Source: Candidatus Nomurabacteria bacterium RIFCSPLOWO2_01_FULL_36_10b
GTDB taxonomy: Bacteria > Patescibacteriota > Minisyncoccia > Phycocordibacterales > UBA1006
Assembly: GCA_001785725.1 (NCBI GenBank)
Contig: MFUQ01000003.1
Location: 1-33,144 of the forward strand
Direction of reading: 5' to 3'
DNA: 33,144 nucleotides
Translations under genes and position numbers: made by a program
Shown: positions 33,085-33,144 of the stretch, in pieces
How positions within the stretch are numbered: the first letter of the stretch is position 1
How the letters are laid out: every line of letters begins with the position of its first letter
The notes under the pieces: model-generated
What the model saw: only the letters and a program-made list of their open reading frames with translations
Told to the model about the DNA's origin: nothing
The model's database searches: none

Positions 33085-33144
33085 TCCGAAGAAAAAAGGC
33101 CTCCCCTTAACCCTATCCGAAGAAAGGCCTCCCCCTAACCCTAT
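33085..33144. repeat. Tandem direct repeat (2 units of ~29-31 nt) truncated by the window end
   Basis: TCCGAAGAAAAAAGGCCTCCCCTTAACCCTA (33085-33115) is followed directly by TCCGAAGAAAGGCCTCCCCCTAACCCTAT (33116-33144). The units differ only in homopolymer run lengths. Confidence 0.7.

Noticed and set aside
1-33144. Alternative genetic code (UGA recoding, as in some CPR lineages such as Gracilibacteria and Absconditabacteria)
   Set aside because: All conserved genes are full length under the standard code. Several well-defined genes end on TGA at the expected C-terminus, for example rpsB at 7351-7353. No conserved protein is interrupted by in-frame TGA.
33085-33144. Start of a CRISPR array at the window end
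   Set aside because: The two repeat units are directly adjacent with no spacer between them, and no cas genes are present. This is a tandem repeat, not a repeat-spacer array.

Overview
This is a 33.1-kb, AT-rich, gene-dense bacterial chromosome segment. It reads cleanly with the standard bacterial code: long ORFs close on TAA, TAG or TGA, with no sign of stop-codon recoding. I count about 27 protein genes and one tRNA, nearly all core information-processing or cell-envelope housekeeping. In order: (minus strand) a secreted coiled-coil protein, tgt, mreC, mreB, proS and a solitary PemK/MazF-like toxin; (plus) rpsB, tsf, a small membrane protein, tRNA-Thr(UGU) and tag; (minus) an MFS/UMF1-type transporter, a DUF378 protein, rpoD, dnaG, rpoC, rpoB, trmD, a KH-domain protein and rpsP; (plus) rnr and a VanY-type peptidase; (minus) an orphan 111-aa ORF, smc, rnc, a nusB-Nudix fusion and rpmF; (plus) a 733-aa beta-helix surface protein. 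Several proteins have reduced architectures: a 151-aa EF-Ts, a 418-aa ProRS without the INS domain, a ~780-aa SMC and a ~1064-aa RpoB. Together with the L32 N-terminus (RMRHTRAHTANRRSHH) and the secreted DUF5667-like and beta-helix/PG-binding proteins, this suggests a Candidate Phyla Radiation/Patescibacteria (Parcubacteria-like) genome; that is inference and cannot be tested here. I see no integrase, transposase, CRISPR array, phage module or recognisable multi-gene defence island. The most unusual things visible in the sequence are: (i) a family of GC-rich compound-hairpin repeats, with two intergenic copies in opposite orientation showing compensatory stem changes and a third copy in frame inside tgt (like Rickettsia palindromic elements, RPEs); (ii) a NusB-Nudix gene fusion next to rnc; (iii) a short SMC without a hinge; (iv) a Tgt that has lost its three Zn-site cysteines and its LAVGE pocket motif; (v) a MazF-like gene with no visible antitoxin; and (vi) sequence-related terminator-like hairpins plus a tandem repeat cut by the window end.
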